Shown: positions 42,687 through 52,359, numbered from the stretch's first letter. The stretch is 64,000 bases of DNA from Gordonia sp. (in: high G+C Gram-positive bacteria) (GCF_020438995.1 NZ_JAGQTN010000061.1:7222-71221), one strand, 5' to 3'. Notes: generated by a model not told the origin, from the letters alone. A program made the numbers and translations.

Positions 42687-44467
42687 TGCGGCCGACGTTG
42701 ACCGAACTGCGGTCCTGGGCCACTCAATCGATCATCGACTCGGCGGGCCCGATCAGCACCGACGCCACGACCATCGGCGACAGCATCTCCATGGCCGCAC
42801 TGGTACTCGACCGCGCGACCTGGCGGGGAGGCTCCCGTACCGGCGCGGACCAGGCTCTCACCACATTGCGCGACAGGGGAACCCAGTTGCGCAACATCCT
42901 CCTGCGGATTGCCGACGAGACCGCCGACGCAGGCGCCGACCTCCACGGTCGGCGTGAACGAATCCTGAGTTATGTCGCCGACATCCAGGCCGCCGGATAT
43001 CGGGTGTCCGACACCGGGGTGGTCACCCACCCCGACGAATCCAACCGGCAGACCGCCGCGCGCCACACGCAGGCGATCGATCACGGACTCAATGCACTGG
43101 ACGAGACCGACGAGCAGTACGGATCCACCCTGGCGGCCCTGAACAAGGCCGTACACGACCTCGCGTCCGGCGATGACACCGTCACCATCCGCGGCGGCGG
43201 ACAGATCTCGCCGACCGACGCGATCAGCCTGCTCAAAGGCATGGACGTGGGCAAACGACGCGAGTTCTTCCTGTCGTTGAGCGAGTCCGACCGCGAACGC
43301 GTCATCACCGCCGACCCGAAGACGATCGCCGGTCTCGACGGCATCGACTTCCCGTCCCGGTTCGCCGCCAGTGAGATCAACATCCGCACCGAGATCGTTC
43401 GCCTGGAACGCGCAGGAAACCACAAGCGGGCCGACGCGCTGCGCCAACTGCTCGAACAGGCCGAGAACCCGGCGGCCGACAGCACCGCGCCCAAGTCCGT
43501 CGGCGACGACACCGACAGCGAACGCACGTTTCTGTATACCTCGGACAAGGGCAACGGCCACCTCATCGAGATGGTCGGTGAGCTGACACCCGAGACGCGC
43601 AACGTCACGGTCTACGTCCCGGGCACCGGCACCAAACTCGAAAGCATGGGTAGCAACGTCAAGGCCGCGCGCAATCTCGCGAAAGCCACCGGCGGCCCGG
43701 TGATCGTCTTCCTCGACGGCGACCTGCCGCAGAAGCTCGGCTATGAAACCGTCGGCAAGGAGGGACTGAAATCGCTGAAGGATTCGGCGGCCGACCCACG
43801 ATTCGCCAAGGAGATGGCCCCCAGGCTGGTGGCGTTCGGCAAAACGCTCGACGCGGAGATCGACGCTGTCGCGCCCGGAGCCAAGACCACCTACATCGGC
43901 CACTCCTACGGTGGGTCGGTCGTCGGGACCGCCGAACAGCTCGGTTTGCGTGCCGACCGGGTGATCTACGCGTCCTCGGCCGGGACCGGGGCCCTCGACA
44001 CCGGCTGGCACAACCCCAACAAGGACGTCGAACGCTACTCGCTGACCGCACCCGGCGACCCGATCCATTACTCGCAGCAACTGCCGTCGAACCCGCACGG
44101 CGGTGATCCCGACGCCACCGCCGGGGTCACCCGCCTGGACACCGGATACTACGGCCCCGACGAGAACGGCAACCGCACACCGGTCGCCGGAGCCGGCGGT
44201 CACGGAGACTATTGGAACGATCCCGGATCCGATGCGTTCAAGAACATGGTCAAGGTGATCCGGGGTGAGGAGCCCACGGCATACACCGAACGCGGATCCG
44301 ACTATCCGATCGCGGCGGCGGTCGAGGACGTACTCGTCCCGACGACCAGATTCCACCTACCGCCCCTGGCACCCGTACTCGATCTCACCGACGGTGACCT
44401 CAACCTGCCGGGACCATTGCCCGACATCACACTGCCCTTCAAGCTCCGACTTCCCGGCCTGTCATGA
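42686..44467 (+). CDS. WXG-like N-terminus + alpha/beta-hydrolase (DUF1023-like), putative T7SS effector
   Basis: MRPTLTELRSW, ATWRG; C-terminal VYVPGT, GHSYG, GDPI, GGHGDYW. Confidence 0.75.
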   Translation: MRPTLTELRSWATQSIIDSAGPISTDATTIGDSISMAALVLDRATWRGGSRTGADQALTTLRDRGTQLRNILLRIADETADAGADLHGRRERILSYVADIQAAGYRVSDTGVVTHPDESNRQTAARHTQAIDHGLNALDETDEQYGSTLAALNKAVHDLASGDDTVTIRGGGQISPTDAISLLKGMDVGKRREFFLSLSESDRERVITADPKTIAGLDGIDFPSRFAASEINIRTEIVRLERAGNHKRADALRQLLEQAENPAADSTAPKSVGDDTDSERTFLYTSDKGNGHLIEMVGELTPETRNVTVYVPGTGTKLESMGSNVKAARNLAKATGGPVIVFLDGDLPQKLGYETVGKEGLKSLKDSAADPRFAKEMAPRLVAFGKTLDAEIDAVAPGAKTTYIGHSYGGSVVGTAEQLGLRADRVIYASSAGTGALDTGWHNPNKDVERYSLTAPGDPIHYSQQLPSNPHGGDPDATAGVTRLDTGYYGPDENGNRTPVAGAGGHGDYWNDPGSDAFKNMVKVIRGEEPTAYTERGSDYPIAAAVEDVLVPTTRFHLPPLAPVLDLTDGDLNLPGPLPDITLPFKLRLPGLS

Positions 44468-44484
44468 TCGCCTGGCCGGCGGGA

Positions 44485-45195
44485 TCAGCCGATTTCGAGG
44501 GCGATCTCGATCATGGTGGTGAACGCCGTCTCCCGTTCGGCCGGCGTGGTCCGCCTTCCGCTGGGAATGTGGTCGCTGACGGTGAAGATGCCCAGTGCGT
44601 CGACACCGGCGGCAGCCGCATTCGCGAACAACCCGGCCGACTCCATCTCCACCGCAAGCACACCCATCCGCGCCCACTTGCCCAGCGTCTGGTCGTCGGC
44701 GTTGTAGAAGATGTCCGAGGACAGGACGTTCCCGACGTGGCTTGTCGCGCCGCGTTCGTCGGCAAGGCGTTTGGCCTGTTCGAGCAGCCGGTACGACGAC
44801 AGCGGCGCCCAGGTGCCGGGAATCGAGAACTGGCTCAGGTAATTCGAATCGGTCGAGGCGCCCTGCGCGATCACCACGTCGTACAGGTCCACGTGTTCCT
44901 GCATCGATCCGCAGCTGCCGACGCGGATCAGGTTCCGGACGCCGAAGGTGTGGATGAGTTCGTGGCTGTACAGCGAGATCGACGGGATGCCCATGCCGGT
45001 GCCCATCACCGAGATCTCCCGGCCCCGGTAGGTTCCGGTGTAGCCGAGCATGTTGCGTACCCGGTTGAAGCACTGCGCGCCGTCGAGGTAGGTCTCGGCG
45101 ATGAACTTGGCACGCAACGGATCACCCGGCAGCAGGATGGTCTCGGCGATCGGCACGCCCTGTGGGTCGATGTGCGGGGTGGACAGATGGGTCAT
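44485..45195 (-). CDS. deoD: purine-nucleoside phosphorylase, hexameric DeoD type
   Basis: TPHI, LLPGDPLRAKFIA, GTGMGIPS, RVGSCG, VEMESAG, TVSDH. Confidence 0.93.
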   Translation of the reverse strand: MTHLSTPHIDPQGVPIAETILLPGDPLRAKFIAETYLDGAQCFNRVRNMLGYTGTYRGREISVMGTGMGIPSISLYSHELIHTFGVRNLIRVGSCGSMQEHVDLYDVVIAQGASTDSNYLSQFSIPGTWAPLSSYRLLEQAKRLADERGATSHVGNVLSSDIFYNADDQTLGKWARMGVLAVEMESAGLFANAAAAGVDALGIFTVSDHIPSGRRTTPAERETAFTTMIEIALEIG

Positions 45196-45215
45196 CGTTC
45201 TCCTTACGCGGGTGG

Positions 45216-46919
45216 CTACTTCGATGGTGCCGGATCGGTCAGGCCCAGGTGCTCGGTGATCTCGGCGGCGATCCTCGCCAGCCGGTCCCGTGCGCGCTCG
45301 TGCGGAATGTCGGGACCGGTACACGGTTCGATCACCTCCAGGTAGCACTTGAGTTTGGGTTCGGTTCCCGACGGCCGCACGATCACCCGGTCGCCCTGGG
45401 CGGTGCCGATCAGCAGGCCCTCGGTCGGCGGCAGATCCGGGTTCGGTTCGGCCAGATCACGCCACTCGGTCACCGGAGCTCCGGCCAGCGTCGTGGGACG
45501 ATCGGAGTCCAGCCGGGCCATCGCCGCACCGATCCGCGCAGGGTCGGCGACCCGGAAACTCAGCGGCGCGGTGGCGTGCAGCCCGTGCCTGCGCGCCAGG
45601 TCGTCGAGCAGATCCTCGATGGTCCTACCTTCCTCGCGCAGCGATTCGATGAGGGTGATCACCCGCATCATCGCGCCGATACCGTCCTTGTCCCGGACGG
45701 CCTGCGGATCGGTGCAGTAGCCGATGGCCTCCTCGTACCCGAACCGCAGGCCGGGGGTGCGGGCGATCCATTTGAACCCGGTCAGGGTGCTCCGGTGAGT
45801 CAGTCCGTGATGTTCGGCGATCCGGGCGAGCAGCCTGCTCGAGACGATGGAGCACGCGAGGGTGTCGCCGGAGCGGGCACCGTCGGCCGCGGCCTGCTCC
45901 CCCAGCACGGCGCCCAGTTCGTCTCCCGACAGCTGACGCCAACTACCGGTGCGCGACGGAATCGCCACCGCGCACCGGTCGGCGTCGGGGTCGAGGGCGA
46001 TCACCACGTCGGCGTCCGACGACTTCGCCAGCACCAGTGAAAGATCCAGCGCGCCAGGTTCTTCCGGATTCGGAAACGGAACCGTCGAAAAGTCCGGGTC
46101 CGGGGCGAACTGTTCGGCAACCACGTGCACGTCGTCGACGCCGGCCCGGCTCAGCACCCGTGTGGCGGTCTCGCCGCCGACGCCGTGCATCGCGGTCAAC
46201 ACAACCCGGACCTGGGACGGATCGGTCCGCGTGCGGTAGGCGGCGACTCGGGTGATGTAGTCCTCGGCCACACCTGCCACGGCGTCGGCGGGATCCACCG
46301 ATGCCAGCGGAATCTGGTCGGCGGGCGCGCAGGCGTCGATGCGGGCGGCGATCTGGCTGTCGGCGGGGGCCACGATCTGCACTCCCCGGGCGTGATCCTC
46401 GGCGACCGCCCGGCCACCGAGATACACCTTGTAGCCGTTGTCGGCCGGCGGATTGTGCGAGGCGGTGATCATGATGCCGGCGTCGGCACCGAGGGTGCGT
46501 ACCGCGAAAGCCGTCACAGGGGTGGGCAGTCGCCGCGGCAGCGCCAGCACCCGGAGTCCGGCCCCGGCGAGCACACCGCACGTGGCGTCGGTGAACGCCG
46601 CCGAACCGTGCCGGGCATCGCAGCCGACCACGACGCGCGCATCGGGGCCGACCACATCGTGAAGGTAGGCGGCCAGACCCGCGGTGGCCGCCGTGACCAC
46701 GGCGACGTTCATCCTCGACCGCCCGGCACCGACCGCGCCCCGCAGACCGGCGGTGCCGAACCGCAGCGGCCCGGACATCCGACTGGACAATTCGGCCAGC
46801 GCCGACACGTCGGTGCCGGCCCGAGTGCAGAGGCCGGAGAGTTCGTCACGGGTGATCGGGTCCGGGTCGTGACGTATCCACTCGCGCGCCGCATCCACCA
46901 ACCCACCGGTTTCGCTCAC
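45216..46919 (-). CDS. phospho-sugar mutase (PGM/PMM superfamily)
   Basis: FGTAGLRG, TASHNP, DPDADR, YEEAIG, RPSGTEPKLK. Confidence 0.92.
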   Translation of the reverse strand: MSETGGLVDAAREWIRHDPDPITRDELSGLCTRAGTDVSALAELSSRMSGPLRFGTAGLRGAVGAGRSRMNVAVVTAATAGLAAYLHDVVGPDARVVVGCDARHGSAAFTDATCGVLAGAGLRVLALPRRLPTPVTAFAVRTLGADAGIMITASHNPPADNGYKVYLGGRAVAEDHARGVQIVAPADSQIAARIDACAPADQIPLASVDPADAVAGVAEDYITRVAAYRTRTDPSQVRVVLTAMHGVGGETATRVLSRAGVDDVHVVAEQFAPDPDFSTVPFPNPEEPGALDLSLVLAKSSDADVVIALDPDADRCAVAIPSRTGSWRQLSGDELGAVLGEQAAADGARSGDTLACSIVSSRLLARIAEHHGLTHRSTLTGFKWIARTPGLRFGYEEAIGYCTDPQAVRDKDGIGAMMRVITLIESLREEGRTIEDLLDDLARRHGLHATAPLSFRVADPARIGAAMARLDSDRPTTLAGAPVTEWRDLAEPNPDLPPTEGLLIGTAQGDRVIVRPSGTEPKLKCYLEVIEPCTGPDIPHERARDRLARIAAEITEHLGLTDPAPSK

Positions 46920-47023
46920 GGACGTGAACCTACCCGTACCCGGCCGTGAGGGCACGCCCATGCTCGGTACCCTTAGTGCAGCCTAAGTAGTGCGCGCCAT
47001 TGCCCGAAGGAGCGAAGACAACG

Positions 47024-47284
47024 ATGACAGACAGCACACCGACCGAATCCACCCCGGTACTGACCCGCGACCAGATCGTCGGCGACCTCGCCGAGGTTCT
47101 CGACATCGCCCCCGGTGAGATCGCCGACGACACGAATGTCCTGGACATCGGCCTTGATTCGGTGCGGCTCATGTCGCTGATCGAACGCTGGCGGGCCCAG
47201 GGCGCGCACCGCGCCGACGTGGTCATCCTTGCCGGTGACCCCACCGTCGGCGCGTGGGTGCGCGAGCTCAACACCCCGTCGTAG
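47024..47284 (+). CDS. stand-alone phosphopantetheine carrier protein (ArCP/PCP-like)
   Basis: NVLDIGLDSVRLMSL attachment motif; SD gaaggag. Confidence 0.85.
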   Translation: MTDSTPTESTPVLTRDQIVGDLAEVLDIAPGEIADDTNVLDIGLDSVRLMSLIERWRAQGAHRADVVILAGDPTVGAWVRELNTPS

Positions 47285-47335
47285 GCGTCCCCGCCGGACC
47301 GTTAGAGTGGTCTGGACCATAGGGTGAGGAGCGCA

Positions 47336-48367
47336 ATGAAGTTCGGTTTGCAGATCGGCTACTGGGGAGCAGAACTGCCCGTCGGGCAGCGGGAGTTGGT
47401 CGCCGCCGCCGAGGAATGCGGTTTCGATTCCGTGTTCACTGCGGAGGCATGGGGTTCGGACGCGTACACGCCGCTCGCGTGGCTGGGGTCCGATACCGAA
47501 CGCATCCGCCTGGGCACCTCGGTGCTGCAGTTGTCGGCGCGTACACCCACAGCCTGCGCGATGGCCGCGCTGACGCTCGATCACCTCAGCGGCGGCAGGC
47601 ATATCGTCGGGCTCGGTGTGTCCGGGCCGCAGGTGGTCGAAGGCTGGTACGGGCAGCCCTTCGCCAAACCGCTGGCCCGCACCCGCGAATATATCGACAT
47701 CATGCGTCAGGTCTGGGCGCGTGAGGCACCCGTCGCCTCATCCGGCCCGCACTACCCGCTGCCCTACACCGGACCCGGGTCCACCGGGCTGGGCAAGACG
47801 CTGAAGCCGATCGTGCATCCGCTGCGCCGCGACATCCCGATCTTCCTCGGCGCCGAAGGCCCCAAGAACATCGCGCTGACCGCCGAGATCGCCGACGGCT
47901 GGCTGCCGCTGTTCTTCACCCCGCGCATGGCCGACATGTACAACGCGTGGCTCGATGAGGGATTCGCCCGGCCCGGTGCACGCCGCAGCCGAGAGGATTT
48001 CGAGGTGTGCGCGACAGCGCAGATCTACCTGACCGACGACCCCGCGGCCGTCCTCAACGGCCTCAAGCCGGTGACCGCGCTGTACATGGGCGGAATGGGC
48101 TCGGAGGACACCAACTTCCATGCCGAGGTGTATCGGCGGATGGGCTACGGCGAACTCGTCGACGAGGTGACCGCCCTGTTCCGCAGCGGCCGCAAAGAGG
48201 AAGCGGCAGCGGCGATTCCGGATGAGGTGATCTCGGAGTCGACCTTGATCGGTGACGCGGACAGTGTGCGTGAACAGATCCGGGTGTGGGAGGCGGCCGG
48301 CGTGACCACACTCCTGGTCTCCGCCGGTTCGGTGCAGCAGATCCGGGATATCGCCACACTCGCCTGA
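47336..48367 (+). CDS. LLM-class F420-dependent oxidoreductase
   Basis: AEAWGSDA, GLGVSGPQVVEGWYG, GAEGPKN, EIADGW. Confidence 0.92.
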   Translation: MKFGLQIGYWGAELPVGQRELVAAAEECGFDSVFTAEAWGSDAYTPLAWLGSDTERIRLGTSVLQLSARTPTACAMAALTLDHLSGGRHIVGLGVSGPQVVEGWYGQPFAKPLARTREYIDIMRQVWAREAPVASSGPHYPLPYTGPGSTGLGKTLKPIVHPLRRDIPIFLGAEGPKNIALTAEIADGWLPLFFTPRMADMYNAWLDEGFARPGARRSREDFEVCATAQIYLTDDPAAVLNGLKPVTALYMGGMGSEDTNFHAEVYRRMGYGELVDEVTALFRSGRKEEAAAAIPDEVISESTLIGDADSVREQIRVWEAAGVTTLLVSAGSVQQIRDIATLA

Positions 48368-48384
48368 AATCCGCCCTGGCGTTT

Positions 48385-48406
48385 TGAGTGTACGCATGTA
48401 CACTCA
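48385..48406. promoter_or_regulatory. palindromic operator-like site
   Basis: tgagtgtac-gcat-gtacactca, perfect 9-bp arms, 4 nt before ATG 48411. Confidence 0.55.
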
Positions 48407-48410
48407 TTGC

Positions 48411-49691
48411 ATGGTTGACTGTTCACCGGCCGCGACGGACGCGCAACGCCGTGAAGAAGCACGGGCCCTGGCCCACCTGAGTCTCACCGAACTGGGCAAG
48501 GCCGCCCGCGGAGTGTCGAAGGTGCATCGTTCGATTGCCGCGGGTGTCTTCGGCACGCTGGGCCGGACGCCGCTGCGGACATGGTCGGATCCCACGCGCG
48601 CGGTGCACGATGCGATCAGCGAGGGCGTCTACGCGGCCACCGCCGGCTCGCTCGAGACCGCCGGTGGCGTCGCGGGTTCGGTGGTCGGTGGCTGGGGCCG
48701 GCCGCCGTCGCATACGGTGCCCGGCGCACTCGGGATCGCTGTGCTCAACGGGTTGATCGGCGACGAGCTCACCGCATCCGGATCGCCGCTCGCCTCGTCG
48801 ATGCAGATCTGGCATGGGGGCCGGCCGGTCGAACCGACAGTCGAAGCGTTGCGGTCGGCGTTCGGTGCGCCCTCCGACGTCGCCGCGGTTCCCGGTCATC
48901 TCGTGGTGTTCATGCACGGTCTCATGGAAACCGAGATCGCCTGGAACGCAGGAGAAAAGCCCGGCTATGGGCTGCGGCTGCACGAGGAGATCGGGGCCTG
49001 TCCCGTTTACGTGCGGTACAACTCCGGCAGGCATATCAGCGACAACGGGCGCGAACTCGACAACCTGCTTTCCGCGCTGGTGGTGTGCTGGCCGGTGCCG
49101 GTCCACACACTGACACTGGTCGGTCATTCGATGGGCGGGCTGGTGGTGCGCAGTGCCTGCCACCACGCATCCGACGGCCATTCGCTGTGGCTACGCGTGC
49201 TGCGCCACACCGTGTGCCTGGGTTCTCCGCATCTGGGTGCGCCCCTCGCGCGGGGCGTCAACGCGGCAGCCGTGGCGCTGCACACGACGCCGGTGACCCG
49301 GCCGTTCGCCAACCTGCTGCGCAGGCGCAGTGCGGGTGTGCGGGATCTGCACCACGGCACCGTGCTCGCCCGCGACTGGGAACAGAATCCGGACCCGGAC
49401 AGGTGGTCTCAGCCGATGGCGACCGATGTCTGGCTCTCGCCGCACGCCCGGCACCTGTACGTGATCGCGACGGTCACCCGAAGCACCCGGCACGTCGTCG
49501 GCAAGGTCGTGGGCGACGGGCTGGTCCTCGCCGACAGCGGTCGTGGCCGCAACAAGCGGCGCCACGTCGGCTATCTCGCCGACGACGGCCTGCATATCGG
49601 ACGATCGAACCATTTCACACTGCTCAACGACGACACGATCTACGAATGGATGCGGGACCGGATCAGGCCGCAACGCGCGATCACCGCCTGA
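48411..49691 (+). CDS. alpha/beta hydrolase (PGAP1/lipase-like)
   Basis: HGL, GHSMGG, LGSPHLGAP, GDGLV, NHF. Confidence 0.82.
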   Translation: MVDCSPAATDAQRREEARALAHLSLTELGKAARGVSKVHRSIAAGVFGTLGRTPLRTWSDPTRAVHDAISEGVYAATAGSLETAGGVAGSVVGGWGRPPSHTVPGALGIAVLNGLIGDELTASGSPLASSMQIWHGGRPVEPTVEALRSAFGAPSDVAAVPGHLVVFMHGLMETEIAWNAGEKPGYGLRLHEEIGACPVYVRYNSGRHISDNGRELDNLLSALVVCWPVPVHTLTLVGHSMGGLVVRSACHHASDGHSLWLRVLRHTVCLGSPHLGAPLARGVNAAAVALHTTPVTRPFANLLRRRSAGVRDLHHGTVLARDWEQNPDPDRWSQPMATDVWLSPHARHLYVIATVTRSTRHVVGKVVGDGLVLADSGRGRNKRRHVGYLADDGLHIGRSNHFTLLNDDTIYEWMRDRIRPQRAITA

Positions 49692-49708
49692 CCGAACGCC
49701 TGTGCCGG

Positions 49709-50032
49709 TCAGTGCCGCCGGCCCCGCCGTCTACGCTCACGCGGGTGGTCACCCGTGTGGTCACCATCGCCGCGGTAGTCCGGGCTGCTCGTCAAATGCC
49801 AACTGCCACATTCGCAGTGGTAGCTACGAAGCCACGGCACGCCGTACCTGGTGCTGCGTGATCGTTCGATCGCCTCGGTGGCCTCCACCGGGGTGCGGTA
49901 GCAGTCCTTGTACTGCGTCGGGCACTGTACCGTCTGCGGTTTGCCCCGGCGCAGCGGGCGTGGCCTGCTCCACGCCGTGCGCTGCTCGACGGCGCGATAG
50001 AACTCCTCGAGTTCGTCGTCCGAGAACGCCAC
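49709..50032 (-). CDS. small Cys/His-containing hypothetical protein
   Basis: CPTQYKDCY...RSYHCECGSWHLTS. Confidence 0.6.
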   Translation of the reverse strand: MAFSDDELEEFYRAVEQRTAWSRPRPLRRGKPQTVQCPTQYKDCYRTPVEATEAIERSRSTRYGVPWLRSYHCECGSWHLTSSPDYRGDGDHTGDHPRERRRRGRRH

Positions 50033-50083
50033 GGCGGACCTTTCGCTGGATGGCCGACCGATCCTACGTGCCTGCCGGTGAGG

Positions 50084-50308
50084 TCAGCGCGCCATCCACA
50101 GGCGCCTGCGCACAACCTTACGCATCCGATCGAGCTCAGCCGTGGTCAGCTTCTCCGGAGGAGCCACCTCGATGAGCCGATCGACTTCGCCGAAGAAGTC
50201 GCGGTCGGACAGGCCGAACTGCTCGCGGATCGCCACCGATGATCCGCCGCCGAGCGGGTACCAGTCGGTCTCGAAGGCCAGCATCTTCTGATGCGTAGGG
50301 TTGTCCAT
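50084..50308 (-). CDS. DUF3263-like small protein
   Basis: MLAFETDWYPLGGG...IREQFGLS...F...RLI pattern. Confidence 0.65.
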   Translation of the reverse strand: MDNPTHQKMLAFETDWYPLGGGSSVAIREQFGLSDRDFFGEVDRLIEVAPPEKLTTAELDRMRKVVRRRLWMAR

Positions 50309-50453
50309 GCGTTCACGTCCTTGTGAGCGGGAGGGGGCGGCAACGATCGCCCCCCTGGCGATCAGCCTTTGCCGACACAGTACACAAGAATCCGGCCCGC
50401 TCAAGTGATTCCCTCACCGAAGGCCGACACCCTGGGATCCCCGTCGGTGGCAG

Positions 50454-51344
50454 TCAGGATCCGTAGCGGGGCACTGCCGCGAAGACCTCCACGCTGCGCG
50501 GTACGCCTTTCGCCTTGAATCTGCGGCGGCGCAAGGCATATCGCGTCGACGGGTCGACGTCGTCACCGACCGCGGCCGTCAGGGTGTCGCGGGTGACCAG
50601 CAGTTCGCCGGCTCCGGCGGCATCGGCCACCCGGGCGGCGATATTGACATCCACCCCGAGGTAGTCGTCGTCCACGACCCGAGGTTCACCGGTGTGCAGC
50701 CCGGCTCGCAATTGCGGCCGGTAGCCCTCCACCTGCAACGCGCTCACCGCGCCGACCACCTCGTACCCCGCTTCGATGGCGGCGGCCGCGTCGGTGAACA
50801 CGGCCATCGTGCCGTCGCCGAGATGCTTGACGATCCTGCCGCTGTGGTCACGGATCACCTTCTCCGTCGCGGAGTTGACCTCGGCGAGCAGAGTCAGGAC
50901 CAGGTCGTCGCCGGCACGTAACGCCCACGTCGAGAAACCGACGAGGTCTGTGAACAGAATCGTTGCCTGTCTCGGTTCGGTCGCCCGGGGCGGGCGTCTG
51001 GTGACCAGCCCCTGCCAGGCCGACACCGCCGCCAGGCCGAGCTCCCGCACGGCACTGGGCTGATCGGGGCGGGACTTGTCGATCAGGCGCCCCACCCGCC
51101 CGGAGAAACGATCTGAGTCGGTGTCCACAGCCGACGGCAGGAGGCTGCGGGCGGCACGGGCTGCACGCACGGCGGCGTCGGACGAGTCTGTTCGGGACAG
51201 GAGTTCGGCGGCCCGGCGCCCCGCAGCGGCCGGCCCCCTGCGCTCGGTTCCCTCGTTTTTCCGTTCGCCGGACTCGGTGTTGCCGCCACGCTCACGTGGG
51301 TCGCCGCCGTCCCCGGACGGCGGTATGTCATCAGTCCCGCTCAC
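50454..51344 (-). CDS. class III adenylate/guanylate cyclase domain protein
   Basis: ILFTDLVGFS, VKHLGDGTM, RAGLHTG, GVDVNIAARV. Confidence 0.9.
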   Translation of the reverse strand: MSGTDDIPPSGDGGDPRERGGNTESGERKNEGTERRGPAAAGRRAAELLSRTDSSDAAVRAARAARSLLPSAVDTDSDRFSGRVGRLIDKSRPDQPSAVRELGLAAVSAWQGLVTRRPPRATEPRQATILFTDLVGFSTWALRAGDDLVLTLLAEVNSATEKVIRDHSGRIVKHLGDGTMAVFTDAAAAIEAGYEVVGAVSALQVEGYRPQLRAGLHTGEPRVVDDDYLGVDVNIAARVADAAGAGELLVTRDTLTAAVGDDVDPSTRYALRRRRFKAKGVPRSVEVFAAVPRYGS

Positions 51345-51385
51345 GCGAGACAGTGTAGTGGTCGGGTGCTGTCAACCGTCGGCAC

Positions 51386-51727
51386 TTATCGCAGCCGCTC
51401 GGCATCACGTGCCACGTCGAGGAGCGCCCCCGCCATGTCCCGGAGCTGAGCCCGGCTGACGTCCTCGGCGATTGCTGTGGCCAGATCCTCTGCAGCACAA
51501 CGTAATTCGAACATCCGGTCGCCGAATGCCTCGACCTCGGCCGCGCTCAGGATCATCGCGTCCGCGGGTATCGACGTCCCCTCGGCCAAGGTGCGTTGCT
51601 CGTAGGCCCGTTGCCTGCACGATCTCTTGCAGTACTTGCGTCGACGCCCGAGTTCGGAATCGACCATCGACCGGCCGCACCATGCACACGAATACGGTCG
51701 GCGTCGCTGGGATTCCTGCACGTCCAT
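51386..51727 (-). CDS. Zn-finger-like hypothetical protein (Rv2049c-like)
   Basis: CAWCGR...GRRRKYCKRSCRQRAYEQR; position next to rbpA matches mycobacterial synteny. Confidence 0.75.
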   Translation of the reverse strand: MDVQESQRRRPYSCAWCGRSMVDSELGRRRKYCKRSCRQRAYEQRTLAEGTSIPADAMILSAAEVEAFGDRMFELRCAAEDLATAIAEDVSRAQLRDMAGALLDVARDAERLR

Positions 51728-51757
51728 GACCGTACTCACCCACCCCCGGACCCCCCT

Positions 51758-51818
51758 ACCGTGACACGCACCACCGTGACACGCCACCACCGTGACACGC
51801 ACCACTACGACAGTCACC
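51758..51818. repeat. 15-16-bp tandem repeat (ACCGTGACACGC core) x3 + 1 degenerate
   Basis: Units at 51758, 51773, 51789; degenerate unit 51804-51818. Confidence 0.85.
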
Positions 51819-51916
51819 CGATCGGGCCACACGTGACAAAGAGTGTGTTCACTATACTTGTCGGCGATCCTGCCGCTTGGCACCTCAAGGCCCGAACCAC
51901 TCCCGAAGGAGCACCA

Positions 51917-52176
51917 ATGAGTCAGACCGAGATTTCTCCGGATTCCTCCGCGGAGGGGGTGCCACCGTCAACAGCAGGGTTCGGGTCACCCTCGAAACCG
52001 GCGAGGTCGTCACCGGGGTGATCGTCGAGGATTTCGGCGAGCTCATCCCCACGGGCGGGTCGGTCGAAGCGACCATCGATGACGAGCGTGGCGCCGCGCG
52101 GCTGCGTCGGTTCCTGATCAACACCGACCGCGGTGTGGTGTTCGGCGACCCCGATACCGTCGAGGTCATCGGCTGA
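51917..52176 (+). pseudogene. small protein gene with apparent frameshift at a G5 run
   Basis: SD gaaggag + ATG 51917 reads MSQTEISPDSSAEG; the protein-like part (RVRVTLETGEVVTGVIVEDFG...) is in the -1 frame after G5 at 51955-51959. Confidence 0.55.
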
Positions 52177-52359
52177 CGCTCTTCGGGAACCTTCCCGCCA
52201 CAGTCGACGTTGATAGCCCGGACAACGTCGACCTTCGTGCGCGTACCCCTCGTGCGCGTAGTATTGGCGGGTAGTTGTCCGAGTCCGGTGCGCCGACCAC
52301 GTCCATGTGGCCGGATTGCTCCGGCGGTTGACCAAGCGTTTTGAGAGGAACAAGAACCT

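Noticed and set aside
42215-44356. Long antisense ORFs (also 6398-7666, 58935-60209 and many others)
   Set aside because: Shadow frames of real genes in high-GC DNA, with no recognisable motifs.
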